From the NCBI GenBank assembly GCA_951406725.2, contig OX597816.1:40238001-40302000 (forward strand): a stretch of 64,000 nt of DNA. The letters run 5' to 3'. The first letter of the stretch is position 1. Each line of letters starts with the position of its first letter. The notes under the pieces were generated by a model, which searched no databases, was not told the DNA's origin, and saw nothing but the letters and a program-made list of their open reading frames with translations. This document shows, one piece after another, positions 12,921 through 27,848 of the stretch. The DNA is from Octopus vulgaris (lineage: Eukaryota). Position numbers and translations under genes: made by a program.

Positions 12921-13036
12921 TCCTCCTCCTCCTCCTCCTCTTTTTCTTTTTCTTCTTCTTCTTCTTCTTCTTCTTCTTCTTCTTCTTCTTCTTCTTCTTC
13001 TTCTTCTTCTTCTTCTTCTTCTTCTTCTTCTTCTTC
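12921..13036. repeat. (CCT)n/(CTT)n microsatellite
   Basis: Directly visible. Confidence 0.95.
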
Positions 13037-13504
13037 ATCATCTTCTTTCATTTATCTTTCATTTCACGATGGTAAGTGTGATAACGCCAAGATGTTGACG
13101 TTGATAATGGTGATTATGATGTTGATGGTGAGGTAGATATTGATGACGATGCTGATCATCATCATCATCATCAACAACTCTCTCTCTTTCTCCTCCTCCT
13201 CTTCTTCATTCTCATCTCCTCCTCCTTCTCCTCCTCAAAATCTTACATAAACATATTCGATCTTATTTTTTTTTTGTTCCTAAACATCTGTTTTACATCT
13301 GAATAGCAATAACAATATTTCTATTCGTCTCTACTTCCAAATATTAAGAAACTACGAAAGGTTGAGAGCGAATTCCTGTTAACGTATTCCCTACAGGTTA
13401 GATCTATCTGAGACAGTACTGCTGGCGTTCATGCATATGTTATCATAGCGACACGAATTTGATACATGCTTACAATATGGAAAAGTAATATTTATCTCCA
13501 CATA

Positions 13505-13902
13505 GGCGTAGGAGTGGCTGTAAGTAGCTTGCTAACCAACCACATGGTTCCGGGTTCAGTCCCACTGCGTGGCATCTTGGGCAAGTGTCTTCTACTATAG
13601 CCCCGGGCCGACCAATGCCTTGTGAGCGGATTTGGTGGACGGAAACTGAAAGAAGCCTGTCGTATATATGTATATATATATATATGTGTGTGTGTTTGTT
13701 CCCCTAGCATTGCTTGACAACCGATGCTGGTGTGTTTACGTCCCCGTCACTTAGCGGTTCGGCAAAAGAGACCGATAGAATAAGTACTGGGCTTACAAAG
13801 AATACGTCCCGGGGTCGATTTGCTCGACTAAAGGCGGTGCTCCAGCATGGCCGCAGTCAAATGACAGAAACAAATAAAAAGAAAAAAGAAAAAGAAAAAA
13901 GA
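13505..13902 (+). mobile_element. SINE-B, full length
   Basis: tRNA-like head (gggttcagtccc B-box), CORE-like block, internal (TA)(TG), LINE-type 3' tail. Confidence 0.9.
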
Positions 13903-14403
13903 ATATGTATTTTTTAACAAGCTTATATGGCCAAACAATCCGAAGCGTTGCCGTGTAATTCCAGCAAAAACAATAACGACACAGCAAAAATAAGAAACAA
14001 CGTCATAAATAACTGATTCTAATTTAGGAACAAAACTAGTAAATTTGAAGGGAAAGGACAGGTTACTTGGTTCTAATCGGTCTCGGTACTTTACTGGCAT
14101 TTTAATTTATTGACTGTGAAGAGATGAAAAGCAATGTTGATCTCTTCGGGAGGTAAAAAGCCGGAACAAATAACACAAGGTAATTTTCCCGATGCTCTAA
14201 CGATTCTCCTTGCTTGACGTCCTGACGAAATCCTAAATAACGACACTAACAAAAACAAATTGAAGAGTAAAAAAAAAAATCGAAGGAAAAAAAACCACAT
14301 CAAAAATGGTAATCTTTACTTTGTTGGTCACAAGGGACGAACGCAAAACAAAAAGGGACAATAATAGTGAAATTTTAACATTCAGATTGACAAAGTAGTA
14401 GAA

Positions 14404-14772
14404 GATAGAAGGCCTGATTTTGTTAGTAGTGGACAAAAGGAATAGAAGGGGCCGGGTAATCGATTTTACAATCCCAAATGATGAAAAAGTATATATGAGA
14501 GATATAAAGAAAATAGCAAAGTGCGAGGACCTGGCTATGGAGTGTACAGGTAAAATGTATCCCTGTAGTTACAGGTGCAGTAGGAACTATCCCTAAAAAT
14601 TTGAACAGATAGAGGAGATAGGTATAAAGCCTAGTTTAGTGCAGCTCTAGAAATCAGTATTATTAGGGGCAGCTAAAATACTTAGGAAGGTTCTTGGAAT
14701 CTAAGGTTACTTGTTGTAGCCCTATGTTAGGAATATTTTTTTCCAGTTGTCTAATCTGTTGTGAGTAAATTA
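14404..14772 (+). mobile_element. R4/Dong-type LINE 3' end (restriction-like endonuclease), abutting (TAA)n
   Basis: Frameshifted translation RRPD..VVDKRNRRGRVIDFTIPND ... IPVVTGAVGTIP ... KSVLLGAAKILRKVL*, then 3' UTR and (TAA)n. Confidence 0.75.
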
Positions 14773-14838
<66 letters not shown>

Positions 14839-15884
14839 TTCTATTTTGGCTCTTAGGGGACTGTTAGTTGATACCCCACCTCTACTTGACTCGTACTCTA
14901 TTTCATCGATCCCATAGGGATGACAGATATGTAAAGTAGTACTTGATTGGTACTCGATTTCACCGATCTCAGAAGGATGTCAAGTGAAGTTGACCTTGAT
15001 GGAATTTAAATGTAAAGAACCAGAAGATTAAATCAACTCCAGTTGTTGACTGCTATCTATTTTTAGCGACATCAGAAGAATGAAAGACAAAGTTAACCTC
15101 TACAGTATTTGAAATCAGTACCTTTGAGGACACACTGCATACTCTTTTGAACACACGGCATACTCTTTTGTGCAAGCGACTCTGCTTGTACAAAGCAGTA
15201 CAAAATATGACTGTCTAAGGAGCAAGTATGTAACTTCAGATTGCGCTTCTATCACATGAAGCTGAATTAGATGTATGAGGAAGAATCTGTTTCTTAAAAC
15301 ACAGGGAACTAAATCAAAGTTACCACAGGGAGTCTATAAACGTATTTACGAATAGAATGCAGTAAAATAAGCTGATTAGGATAATAAGGCACATATGAGG
15401 AAAGAACAAAACATGTTTTCTTTGTATGTAAGGAAACATGGAAGTATAAATTTGACAATAATTATAATAATCACAGAAGAAGGTTTCGAGAACATAAATA
15501 AAAAAAATATAGCAAACCACAAAGAAAGTAAAAAGAAAGAAACAAAAGAATATGAAGAAAGAAAATAATTGTACCAAAATGCAACTTCAGGAAATAAGGA
15601 CAAAAATAGTGGACAGAAAACACTTCAGAGAGGTCAGTATCGTGCCATATTGGATAAATATGAACTAAATCAATATGAAAATGTTCAGGAAGTATTAGAA
15701 AGGAAATTAAATGAAAGACAGTCATCTATGTAGCATACGGAATGCATACACATTGTCAATAGGCCAGTTACTGAAGTGTTCGTGCTGAGAGCAAGCCCAT
15801 AAGAGTTAAGATAAATACTGCAGTTTTGGCCTTTCAACAGTGTGCAAAAATTAAGTATACTATGTCCTGGCTTTCCGTCAACTA

Positions 15885-16160
15885 CGATAACAAGATTCGA
15901 TTCGATCAACGGAACAGCCTGCTTATGAAATTAACGTGCAAGTGGTTGAACACACCATAGACATACGCACTCTTAACGTAGTGCTCAGGGAGACTCAGCA
16001 TGAAACAATGTAACAAGACTGGCTCTTTGAATTAAATATACAGCTCATTTTTGCTAGCTGAGTGGACTGGAGCGGCGAGAAATAAAGTGTCTTGCTCAAG
16101 TACACAATGCACAGCGGGAATCGAACTCACAACCTTACCACTAAGACACGTGCCTTCTTA
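15885..16160 (-). mobile_element. SINE-C' (CORE-like head with SINE-C tail), degenerate
   Basis: caacggaacagcctgc...ttaacgtgcaagtgg tail; aagtgtcttgctcaag CORE-like block. Confidence 0.75.
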
Positions 16161-16608
16161 AGTATGATATATAGATGGCTATTTTAATTAAAAACTGCCT
16201 CATTTGTGTATACTGGATTTTAAAATGAAATAAATTATCAGTAGTAATCAAAGCGTGGACGATACCACAACTAAAATATTCTGGAGGTTTCCTTTAGTGG
16301 ACGAAATATAAATTGGATTAAATACATAGTCACACCATAAAAGCTATTAACAACGTAAAATAGATTGCAACCAAGAAAGTAGTGTTAGTATACCTCTATA
16401 TATCAAGAAAAGAAGACTATAATAGAACAATATTCAGTGTATCAGTTAGAATATACTTCGTAGTTACAAGACTAAAATCATAAGCTAGGAAAATTGATGG
16501 ATATATTATATGAATAGCTAAAAAGATTAATAGTGAATGCACAGAAGATAATTATTAAAAACAGAAAGAAAAAGTTGAAAACTTAAAAAAAAAATGATTT
16601 TTGGTTAG

Positions 16609-16732
<124 letters not shown>

Positions 16733-16750
16733 AGTCGTTACTTGGTTTTA

Positions 16751-16814
<64 letters not shown>

Positions 16815-17221
16815 TAGAAGAATGTGGTAGTGACTGCTGGTGACCTCCATTGATCAATGGTGAATTTGAAAAACAATTGATGGATAAACACACTGACATG
16901 ATTTACCATTACAAACTCAGAAAAGAAAGGTAGCCCCACATTATTCATTGTTCTATGTTTAGAAGCTCAAGTGAAGAGCAATCTACAGCATGGTGTCTGT
17001 ATGCAATATAAGGTGATTCTACGGGTTTGTGTTCAATCCCTATCTCCAGTTTCACTCACAATAAATGAGCGGGTTAAATAACATACTAGCAGTGAAGTGA
17101 AAGTCTGCATGGAGCCCAGATGGTCATTAAGGCGGAGATTATGCCGATTTACAAAACGTTTAAGCGACTAACAGTATAGAATTTCCAGTTCTACGGATGC
17201 AATGTCAAATACTTTTTTTCA

Positions 17222-17601
17222 GTGGAGGCGCAATGGCCCAGTGGTTAGTGCAGCGGACTCGCGGTCATAGGATCGCGGTTTCGATTCCCAGACCGGGCAT
17301 TGTGGGTGTTTATTGAGCGAAAACACCTAAAGCTCCACGAGGCTCCGGCAGGGGATGGTGGTGAACCCTGCTGTACTCTTTCACCACAACTTTCTCTCGC
17401 TCTTTCTTCCTGTTTCTCTTGTACCTGTATTTCAAAGGGCCAGCCTTGTCACAATCTGTGTCACGCCGAATCTCCTCGAGAACTACGTTAAGGGTACACG
17501 TGTCTGTGGAGTGCTCAGCCACTTGCACGTTAATATCACGAGCAAGCTGTTCCGTTGATCGTATCAGCTGGGACCCTCATCGTCGCAACCGACGGAGTGC
17601 T
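17222..17601 (+). mobile_element. SINE-C, full length
   Basis: Inverse homolog of 8331-8714. Confidence 0.9.
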
Positions 17602-18267
17602 CCTATATATACTTGTTTTCAGCTGAGCAGACGGAAGCAGCATGGAAGGAATTGCCCTGCTCAAGGACAAAACAAACCACTCAGTCCATAAATCGAACTC
17701 ACCATTTTACAATAGCGAGTCCAACACCCTAAAGACTAGACCACGTGATTATGAATCTAATTGTTAACTTCGCAGACATGTCTGACTTCCATGGAAAGGG
17801 CGGTAGTCTTTTAAAGATAACCTTCCCATGAATCACGTTATACGTTTCCTTCGTGAGAAAAACGCATATAATGAAATATATTGATAGAAAAGAACTTTAT
17901 GCCTTCAGCAGATTTTGAAATTATAAAGCAAGAACTGGTAGTGCAATTCCTTAACCATACAACAACATCATTCCTCACTTACTGTCTGTCATAACTGGCA
18001 GTGCATTGCAAAAATGGCAAAGTAGTGTCTTTTTTTTACTCTAAGACAAAACTATTAACTGTCTAGTATTGAATCATCACGCTGTCTGGAGGGATATGCC
18101 ACCATTATCTTCCTTACTTTGTATTATTATTATTATTATTATCATTATTATTATAAAAAACCACACACACACAAACAAACACAGTTTGACGTGTTTCGCG
18201 CTGTTCTGAGGTTAGAAGGAATTTTGCGTCAAGAAAAACAATAACAACAACAAAGCGAACAGTTGCA

Positions 18268-18313
<46 letters not shown>

Positions 18314-19460
18314 TAATAATAAAAATATTAATAATAATAATAAACACCATTATATATATATATGTATATGTATATATATAATATGTGCATGTGTGTGTGT
18401 GTATGTGTGTGTATGTACATATATATACACACACATAGGTATGAGTGCAGGGAAGGATGAGGTGAGGTGGGTAAGTTCATGTGTGTTTGTCTTCCTAACG
18501 AAACAAAATTAATAGAGAAAATAAAAACGTCGAAAGAACAGACAGACAACAAAGGAGAAAAATAAATCTATTAAGAAATAAGAACTAAAACAAAAAAACA
18601 ATAAAATGTAAAGAAGAAAACCAATCAACAAACAAAACGAAAAACAACAAAAAAAAAAAGACAGTACAAAATGATTTTATTATACCCTCTCCCTCAAAAA
18701 TAGTCGTTAATAGCAAAACAAGAACAACAATTACTACTACAACAACAACAACAAATAAAATATAATAAAAAATGAATTAAAATAATTAGAAGAATATGAA
18801 AGAAAACAACAAAATGTAATAAACATAAAGCGGGTGATGGGAGTAGTGGTATTAGGCTGAAAATGGTAGAGTAGAAAGAAATAAAGAGAAGAAGGGAAGG
18901 AAGGGAGATAATCGAGCTGACACACTAAGGTAGAGACCAAAATCAAACGGTATTAAGAGTCAACACTTGTGTTGAGAAAAAGAGTGTATATATATATATA
19001 TATACACACATACACACACATATATATATATTTGTACATATATGAATATATACATATACGTAAACATTCTTATATGTATACACACATATATATATGTATA
19101 TATATATATGTTTAAATATATACATACACACATATATATACATATACACGTATATATACACTGTGAATGATATGACAGAAAAACAGACAGCAACATACAT
19201 GCAGACATACATAGATACACATACAGACAGACAGACATACACACATATACCCTCAGATGTACACACGTCTTGTCTTCCTTATTCATACATACATTGAACA
19301 TACCTACACACACACATACACACGTATATATATAAATATGTATTTATTTATATATGCTTGCATACATATATATATAAATATGTATACATATATACATTCA
19401 TGCATACTTGTATACATTCAGACATACATAATACATACATAAATATATATATATATATAA

Positions 19461-19518
<58 letters not shown>

Positions 19519-20107
19519 TTATATATAAATACCTACATTCATTCACATATACATACACTCACATACAGAGTCATATATATGCGCGCATACTTATTTATTT
19601 ATATAAATTCATGCGGTGTATGTTATGTATGCATGCGTGTATAAGGAACTGTATATACATAAAACGAAACGTCAAGCCTTCTCCAAGTAACAAAAAAGAA
19701 TAACAATCAAATAAAACAGCCAAAAGTCAAAAACCTCCACTTAACTACCTCTACCATACATAAACACACATAAACAAGTACACACACGCGCACACACATA
19801 CACTTACACAGAGAGAGAGAGAGAGACACACACACACACGCGCACACACGTATATATTAGCAGATATTTGGAAATACAGTTCTACACATAAACTCGTATA
19901 TGCACACATAAAACCAAAATAAAGAAACGTTAAATGTAGCTTGACATATCGTCTGCTATTCACACAACGAAGTCTTCGGTAGAAACATTTCTTTTTCTTC
20001 CCCACAAAAAGATCATTCTAGCTGCTATGACAAGCTGTCGTATGTGGAACTCTATTCCACTCAGACCCACAGTAACAAAGCAAGCAAGACGTTGATTGTA
20101 TTATCAC

Positions 20108-20420
20108 ACCACCACCACCACCACCACCACCACCACCACCACCACCACCACCACCACCACAACCACCAGCGTCACTGCGGTCACCACCGCCGCCGCCGCC
20201 ATCCGCACCATCACCACCACCACCACAGTTACCACCACCACCGCAACCACCACCACTACCATCACCGTCGCCATCATTACCACCACCACCACCACCACCA
20301 CCACCACCACATCCACTGCATCCAAAACTACCACCATCGACGCCATCGCCCACGCCACCAAGATCCACCACCACCACCGCCACCACCACCACCACCGCCA
20401 CCACCACCACCACCACCAAC
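20108..20420. repeat. Degenerate (CCA)n/(CCG)n trinucleotide tract
   Basis: Directly visible; source of the poly-H/P/T/G ORFs. Confidence 0.95.
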
Positions 20421-20461
20421 AACACACTGCAATACCTACTATATTCGCCTACATACATTGT

Positions 20462-20524
<63 letters not shown>

Positions 20525-21422
20525 TAGCTACAAAATAAAAAAAAATAAAGCCTGCCTTGGTAAAATCGATTTGGAATGTTTGTCCTTCTTTTATCTCATC
20601 AAACTAACATCACAATATTAAATATATATAAAAAACTAAAACAATAATTTAAGTAGCGGCAGTTTGGATGGCGGTGATGGCGGTGGTGTTTATGGTTGTA
20701 AGAGAAAGGTGGAGAAAATTGAATTATAAATAATAAATTATAAAATGAATAACAATATATATAGATATATAAATAAATAAAGCTATTAATGAGACGAAAG
20801 ACATTAAAATACTTGTTGAAAATATTATGAAGACTGTTTTAAAATAAAGTGAAATACAGCGCTTTTCTTTTGTAATATTTTATGTATTATTAAAGCAATG
20901 AAAAGCTGTAAGCTCTTAGAATTGCTAGGTCGTCGGCAAAAATGCATTACACATTCTGAGTTCAAAACCTACAGAGATCATCTTGGTTTTTATTTGTTTC
21001 ATACATCATTTAAAGCTTCCCTCAGTTACTCCTTTGAGTGTATACTACACCCTGTTGCTTTTTTTTAGTATGGCATAACTTGGTTAGCATTCTCATTGAT
21101 CACTTTCGGTGAAACTTCTCAAGTAAGGACATAGATGATTTATTATGCAGTATTGCTATAGTTCCCTGGCATCAATCCTATCGTAATTAGAGACTCCCTG
21201 TTCGAAACTATACAGACAAAAGTTGTTTTTATTTTCTTATACAAATGTTTTTACCTTGACAAAGCTTAATTATGTGTAAGTTGTTTCTATTGCTGCTGTA
21301 ATCGAGCGAGATAAAAATCACTTTTGGAACTTGAAAGTTCTTTAATTTTGTTCTTTCCGAAATGTCTCTATGTTGGAGCGAATTATTTATGTTTATGCTA
21401 TTTGTTTCATTTTTAAGCGTAT

Positions 21423-22273
21423 TGTTTGTTACGGGACCTCCGAAAGCTGTTACGGAATCCCACCTGCCGTCGCTCGAACTCGAACCCGGGATCCCAACAA
21501 GTCGAGCGACGACGATTGACCAGGCCCGATCGATCAAGTTCAATACATCAGCATTTCAAGAGTACACGTCCGAAGACACAGTTCTATTTCAAAACACATC
21601 AACAAGTTATATACAGTTCAAAGGACATTACAGGCCTAACAGTTCAATGTTCATTATACAATGTTCAAATCACAACACTGTACACAATGTCTTTACACAA
21701 TTCACATTGTTCATCAAATTCCTTTTTACTGTCTCATTTCTTTTCACTGTTCAATACATCAATTCTTTTTCCTTCTTTTTCTTCACATATCAATACACAA
21801 TTCACGTACCTTACATTAGCCAACGCCTCATATTGTACCTCATCTCTCTCAGTACTGCTAGCTCCAACTTGCCAAACTCTTGCCCCGAATTCCCAAATCC
21901 TTGCTCCTAAAATCCCAACTGCTCGCTTTGACGACCAAAATCCGACTCTTCCAAAAACCTCTTACTCTATCACCACCCTCAATCACCCCTAGCACTGCTA
22001 ATATTCTCTCTATCTGCTCTCAGACCTATCTGCCTATCTTTATCGACGCTGTCACTGTCATTCTCTCTCCTAGTTCTCAGATTCCTTAATCTGTCTTTCT
22101 CACTACTTTCTTCTTCCTCTTCTTCAAGGGGTGTTTAGAACGAACTCTAGTTCACCCGAAAGGGGTCGCAGGTCCACCCAGAGCTAATTAATCAACCCGC
22201 AACTGGCAGAACAATGGATTCATCGCCAAAGTAGGTCGCCGGCCAACTGTCCTTTGATTGAACCTTCATAGCA
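21423..22273. mobile_element. Solo LTR (Gypsy-like), TG...CA, 4-bp TSD GTAT
   Basis: GTAT|TGTTTGTTACGG ... TTCATAGCA|GTAT; composition distinct from flanks. Confidence 0.7.
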
Positions 22274-22313
22274 GTATCAAGAAATGTTTTGATTTATCTT
22301 CGAGGGTGCGTAT

Positions 22314-22885
22314 CCTCCTCCTCCTCCTCTTCTTCTTCTTCTCCTTCTTCTCCTTCTTCTTCTTCTTCTTCTTCTTCTTCTTCTTCTTCTTCTTCTTCTT
22401 CTTCCTCCTCCTCCTCCTCCTCCTCCTCTTCTTCCTTCTTCTTCTTCTTCTTCTTCTTCTTCTTCTTCTTCTTCTTCCTTCTTCTTCTTCCTTCTCTTCT
22501 TCTTCCTTTTCTTCTTCTTCCTCCACTTCTACTTCTTCTTCTTCTTCTTCTTCTTCCTTCTCTTCTTCTTCCTTCTCTTCTTCTTCCTTCTCTTCTTCTT
22601 CCTTTTCTTCTTCTTCCTCCACTTCTACTTCTTCTTCTTCTTCTACTTCTTCTTCTTCATCTTCCTCTTCCTCCTATACTTCTTCATCTTCCTCCTCCTC
22701 CCCCTCCTCTTCCTCTTCTTCTTCCTTCTCTTCTTCTTCCTCTTCCCCTCCCTTCTCCTCCCCTCCTCCCCTCCTCCCACTCCTCCTCCTTTCTCCTCCT
22801 CTTTTCTCCTCCTCCCTTCTCCTCGTCCCATCTCCTCGTTCCTCCTCTTCCTCCTCCTCCTCCTCCTCACCATCATCATCATCCT
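22314..22885. repeat. About 570-bp polypyrimidine (CTT/CCT)n tract
   Basis: Directly visible. Confidence 0.95.
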
Positions 22886-24919
22886 CGTTGTAGCTGTGTT
22901 GTAGCTATGTTTAAATACGACTGAAATTAAGACAAATCGAACACGTATGTTCAAACAAAGTGTGTTTTTGCCCACAAAGGGGTAAAAAAAGAAAAAAAAA
23001 AGCCCTAAAAAAGCTCTCCACCACCACCAACATTAAATACCTTTATTTTGTAATGTTTCTCGCATAAAAGAAATAATTTTTTTTCCAAACTTACAACGTA
23101 ATTTAGAAGTCCAAAAACCGCAGACTCATAAAGTCCTTTGATTCAGACAGACACAAATACGGAGAGCAACAACAACAACAACAACAACACCAACAACAAC
23201 AACAACAACAACAACAACATCATCATCAACATCAACATCATCATCATTATCAACATCAACAAATTATTTTCATTAATATTCTTCCACTAGATATCTTTGT
23301 GTAAAAACGAGGTGGTATTTTATTTAGTGAATTCCCTATATTTCAAATCTATTTATTACTTCAATATCAACTTCTCATAAGTATACTTGCCTAAATATAT
23401 ATGTGAAATATATTAATGTGTGTATTGTGTGTTTTTGTCAGTTATTTAAACGTTCGTAATTGAAATGCCTTGATGAAAATATTTTAAAAGACTCTATTCA
23501 GTGATATTGTCCGTACTGTTGAATTTCATTGTTACAGACCAGTCATTTCCATTCACAAGAATACTATTCTGGCAATTCTATGTGAAAAACTACACAAGAG
23601 TCTCTCTAATAAGAAGATCTAAATACTCAATGAATTTACTGCAGGATATGTACGTAAGTATGTATGTTTTTGTAAGTTGTTAACTAGGTATGTGTGTGGA
23701 ACTATAAGTGTTTATATGTATGTATTACGCATTCATGTATGTAGTACATACGTCTGTATGTATGCGTGTTTGTATTCACGGATGTAGTTAGCCTAGTGGG
23801 TATATATGTATGATTTCATGTATGTATTATGTATTCATGTATGAACCTACGTCATATGTATGTATGAATGTATGTATTTATGTATATATATCATATGTTT
23901 GTATTATATATTTGTGCGTGTACGTACGTATGTATGTAGTTATCATGGTGGATATGTAGATATATATATGTACGTTTATATGTTTGTAATTATTATGTAG
24001 TCATGTATGTTCATACGTATGTATGCATTTATGTAAATATGATATGTATGAATGTGTCTGCCCCTGTATGTAGGCTCTTCTCATTTTATTTTGGAAATAT
24101 CGAATCAATCAATAGAAAAATAGTCCGTTTCTAGGTAGGAAACAAAGCTCATTCATTGGAATATAGACATCAACTAGGTGTTTATATATGTATGTACATG
24201 TGTATGTATGCTGTCATTTAGTTTTATTTAAAGATTTCTTACTAAGTGAGGAAAGAGCCGATTTCTAACCCAGATCCAGCCCTCCTTCACGATTTTTGTG
24301 AATATATGTGTGTATATGTGCAAGCATTTGGAATAAGATAATATGTAGATCTGTATGTTTTGTTTTATGTGCATATACTCATACAGATATTTGTGTGAAT
24401 TGATATGAATACACGCCCTTATAAGCTGAGCTTTTGGAATGTTTTACCTCGTTTGGCAGTTCCTTGATGGTTTGTATCTTAGTCTTCAAGTTAGCGTATT
24501 CCTTTCTGATTGTGAAAAACCTAATTTCTCAAAATTGGTGCTGAGGCAGGTGGTTACATACACATCCAAGTAACCCAAGACTTACGAGTATAAATCTAAA
24601 CTTCCAATTCGGGCGGAGTATTTGTAAATTTCACAATAGTTCAGTGTAGGTATTTTATCTCTCGCTGAACTTCAGTGCTGGGCAGCTACAGTACAAAGCT
24701 TCTTTTCTCTGTCTCAAATCACTACGTCTGCTCTATTACTTTTGCTTTCTGTCGAGATTTTAACAGAGATATTCCATCAATACGCTTCCATGTAATGTGC
24801 GATTATGATGACTACTGCATTGTAGGGTCTTATATCTATGGTCTCATGATCATTCTTCCGACGGGTCCCCTTCTAAACCTCCGGAGTACAATGCTGTTTT
24901 TTTCTTTTTCTGTGTCCCT

Positions 24920-25195
<276 letters not shown>

Positions 25196-26878
25196 TCGCT
25201 ATTCAACTGGTTATTATAGTTAAAACTGTCTTCAGTGTTGTGTACATGATAGAAGTACTAATATATATTTTGCGAATATAGCTCATTATAATTACAATTA
25301 ACAACATGTTCATTTGAACCGCATTCTTATCTTATTCCTTCTTTTCTGCATACATCTGCTTGTAAAAGCCAAATTCGTTTTCCAAATTTCATCAAACTTG
25401 CGTGCTTTCTTTCGACGTTAGAATTATTATTAATTTCTATTCTCAAGACATTGCACTAAATTCCTCTGCTGTCATTTATTTCATTGTTTCATTTGTTGCT
25501 AACTTTCATCGATATTTTGATTGCCCTCTTTTTCGTATGCGAGTTGTTGATCCAGATTAATGAGGTCATGACCGGGGAATGTCTCCGAACGTTAGTTATG
25601 CACATCACGAACATTTATAGTATTTATTTTGTAGAACCCAATCTTTCTTCCACTGTTAGCTATTACTTGGATATTTTTCTTAGTTTTGGAAGATTAACAC
25701 AATGCAGAAAAATATGTTTCCAAAAATCTCTCATGTTGGTTGTTGTTAATTCTACACATCGTCCATATTTTTAAGTGTACTTTTTTATATTTAACTATTC
25801 CAAAATTCTATTAATGAAATTGCATTTTCTTCTGTTGTAAATTTCAGTCCTTGAACAAAAATGTTCCTTAAAAAGAAAGCCTTTAAATGTAGTAATTACC
25901 CCCTGATCCTCGGGCTGGTGAAGAAACTTCGTGTTTTGAGGCAAAACATGATTTTCGTATACTCTAACAGGTCACAAAATGCAGTAAAAGTACCTCTTAT
26001 TTTAAAATTATTTAAACTAATTAATTAGAAATGCATCAAACTGGCAAAGTGGTAAGAGCTGAGATAAAATTCGTCGCAATTATTGTTCTGCCACTCTGTG
26101 GCCTGAGTTCAAATCCCACCGGAGTCAACTTTGCTCTTAATCCTTTTATGGTCAATGAAAATTATCAATCCAGGTGGTGGTTTGGTGGATCTATAAGAGG
26201 AACGAGCGAAATACCTTGCGATATCTGATCCAGCTCTTTGCAGTCTGGCTGCAAAGTCTATGATGTCAATAGAGCTAAGCTGTATCTGCCAATTTCGGTA
26301 TCCTTTCCTGTAGATAGGTGACATGGCGACAGGAATCTTGATGAACATGCAGCTGCTTCTCTTCCTAAAAAATAATAGTGCTGTAACTTGCGCATACGTG
26401 TGCAGTTGCGTGGTCAAACGTGATTGACATAGTCCTACAGTTAATAGGGTTATTTCTTACTATTATTATTTTCGAGCAAAAATAAGTTAAAAATCCAGTC
26501 TTCAAATTTAATTTGAGAATCCATACTTTGCAATTAGAGCGCCGAAGTGATGGAAGAAATCGTTGACTGTGCCCCTCGAAATCCCTGGGAATCTTTACGT
26601 AACGCACAAATTGGGTGTGAATTTAATATCTGCTTTTGCACCAAGCCACTACCCCGAACAAAGTGTTAAGTGATCCTTTCATAATTTAATACAAGTTGTG
26701 ATTTTCCTTTTTAGATTGAAAGGTTAGTGAAGATATTCTTTTCATTGGCATTAAATATTTGTTTATTGCCGCAATCTTTTCCGAATATTATCGGTATATA
26801 CGTTTTTTTTCGTTCCAATTTTGCCTTTTCAAGCTTTGATTCTTCCAACCAAACCGAAATAGATTCCTGCTGGAATTT

Positions 26879-26963
<85 letters not shown>

Positions 26964-27193
26964 CATATGAATTTTAAATGTATGGCTAATGTAATGCTAA
27001 TTTAGGCCTGCAACCATTTATATCATTATTGCTGTTATTATCAATTATTTATATTGCTCTCGATAATAATAGCAATAATAATATCTATATAAATGATCAC
27101 TCCTGAACATTTGCTCCGTATCATATATATACATACATAGATACATACACAGATACATACATACATACATGCATGCATACATACATACATACA

Positions 27194-27229
<36 letters not shown>

Positions 27230-27235
27230 TATCGC

Positions 27236-27430
27236 CATGATAAATCGTTAGCCACTACACACAATGTTTTCTCTCCTTGTTTCTCTCCTTGATTTTCTCT
27301 GCCCCTTTCTGTAGAAGAGCGTAGGCTCGAAATGTAAAAGACTTTTTCTATTCCTGAGCGTTATACTGATACATCTGTTTGTTTCGTACACCACCTGTCA
27401 TCGTCTTCTGTTTTTTTCGTAAACTCTCCC
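27236..27430 (+). mobile_element. Short PLE pLTR-like repeat with HHR-like motif (27305-27340)
   Basis: CTTT CTGTAGA a GAGC-gtag-GCTC GAAA TG TA AAAG (A6U core variant); downstream TTCCTGAGCGT motif. Confidence 0.6.
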
Positions 27431-27559
27431 TATATATATATATATATATATATATTGATAAAAATGGTAAGACGACAAAAGAATGAAAGAGACCTCGATA
27501 TTATGTAAAAAGAGGAATTTATCTGTAAATGTAATATGCGACAATTATTCGGTAGCCAT

Positions 27560-27620
27560 GATAAAACTCCGAGTTTCGGATGCCAGGATGGAAATCCACG
27601 CCGCCATCTCTTCAGTTATC
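27560..27620 (-). ncRNA. Type-I hammerhead ribozyme motif with intact core, in a PLE-like repeat (about 27455-27640)
   Basis: Minus: GATAA CTGAAGA GATG...GGAT-ttcc-ATCC...CATC c GAAA CTC-g-GAG TT TTATC. Confidence 0.7.
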
Positions 27621-27636
27621 CGGTCATCGGAAAATG

Positions 27637-27679
<43 letters not shown>

Positions 27680-27737
27680 AATATGCATGCGCGCGCGTAT
27701 ATATATACATATATAAATATATTGATACGAAATTCCA

Positions 27738-27848
<111 letters not shown>

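Noticed and set aside
13409-13430. miRNA-like TGAGACAGT seed
   Set aside because: Only a 9-nt match and no precursor hairpin
21362-21992. 182 and 188 aa ORFs
   Set aside because: They lie almost entirely within the solo LTR, are low complexity, and have no recognisable domain
25540-25790. Tigger-like transposase remnant (MRDFWK) on the minus strand
   Set aside because: Only two short motifs and no TIRs; too decayed to call
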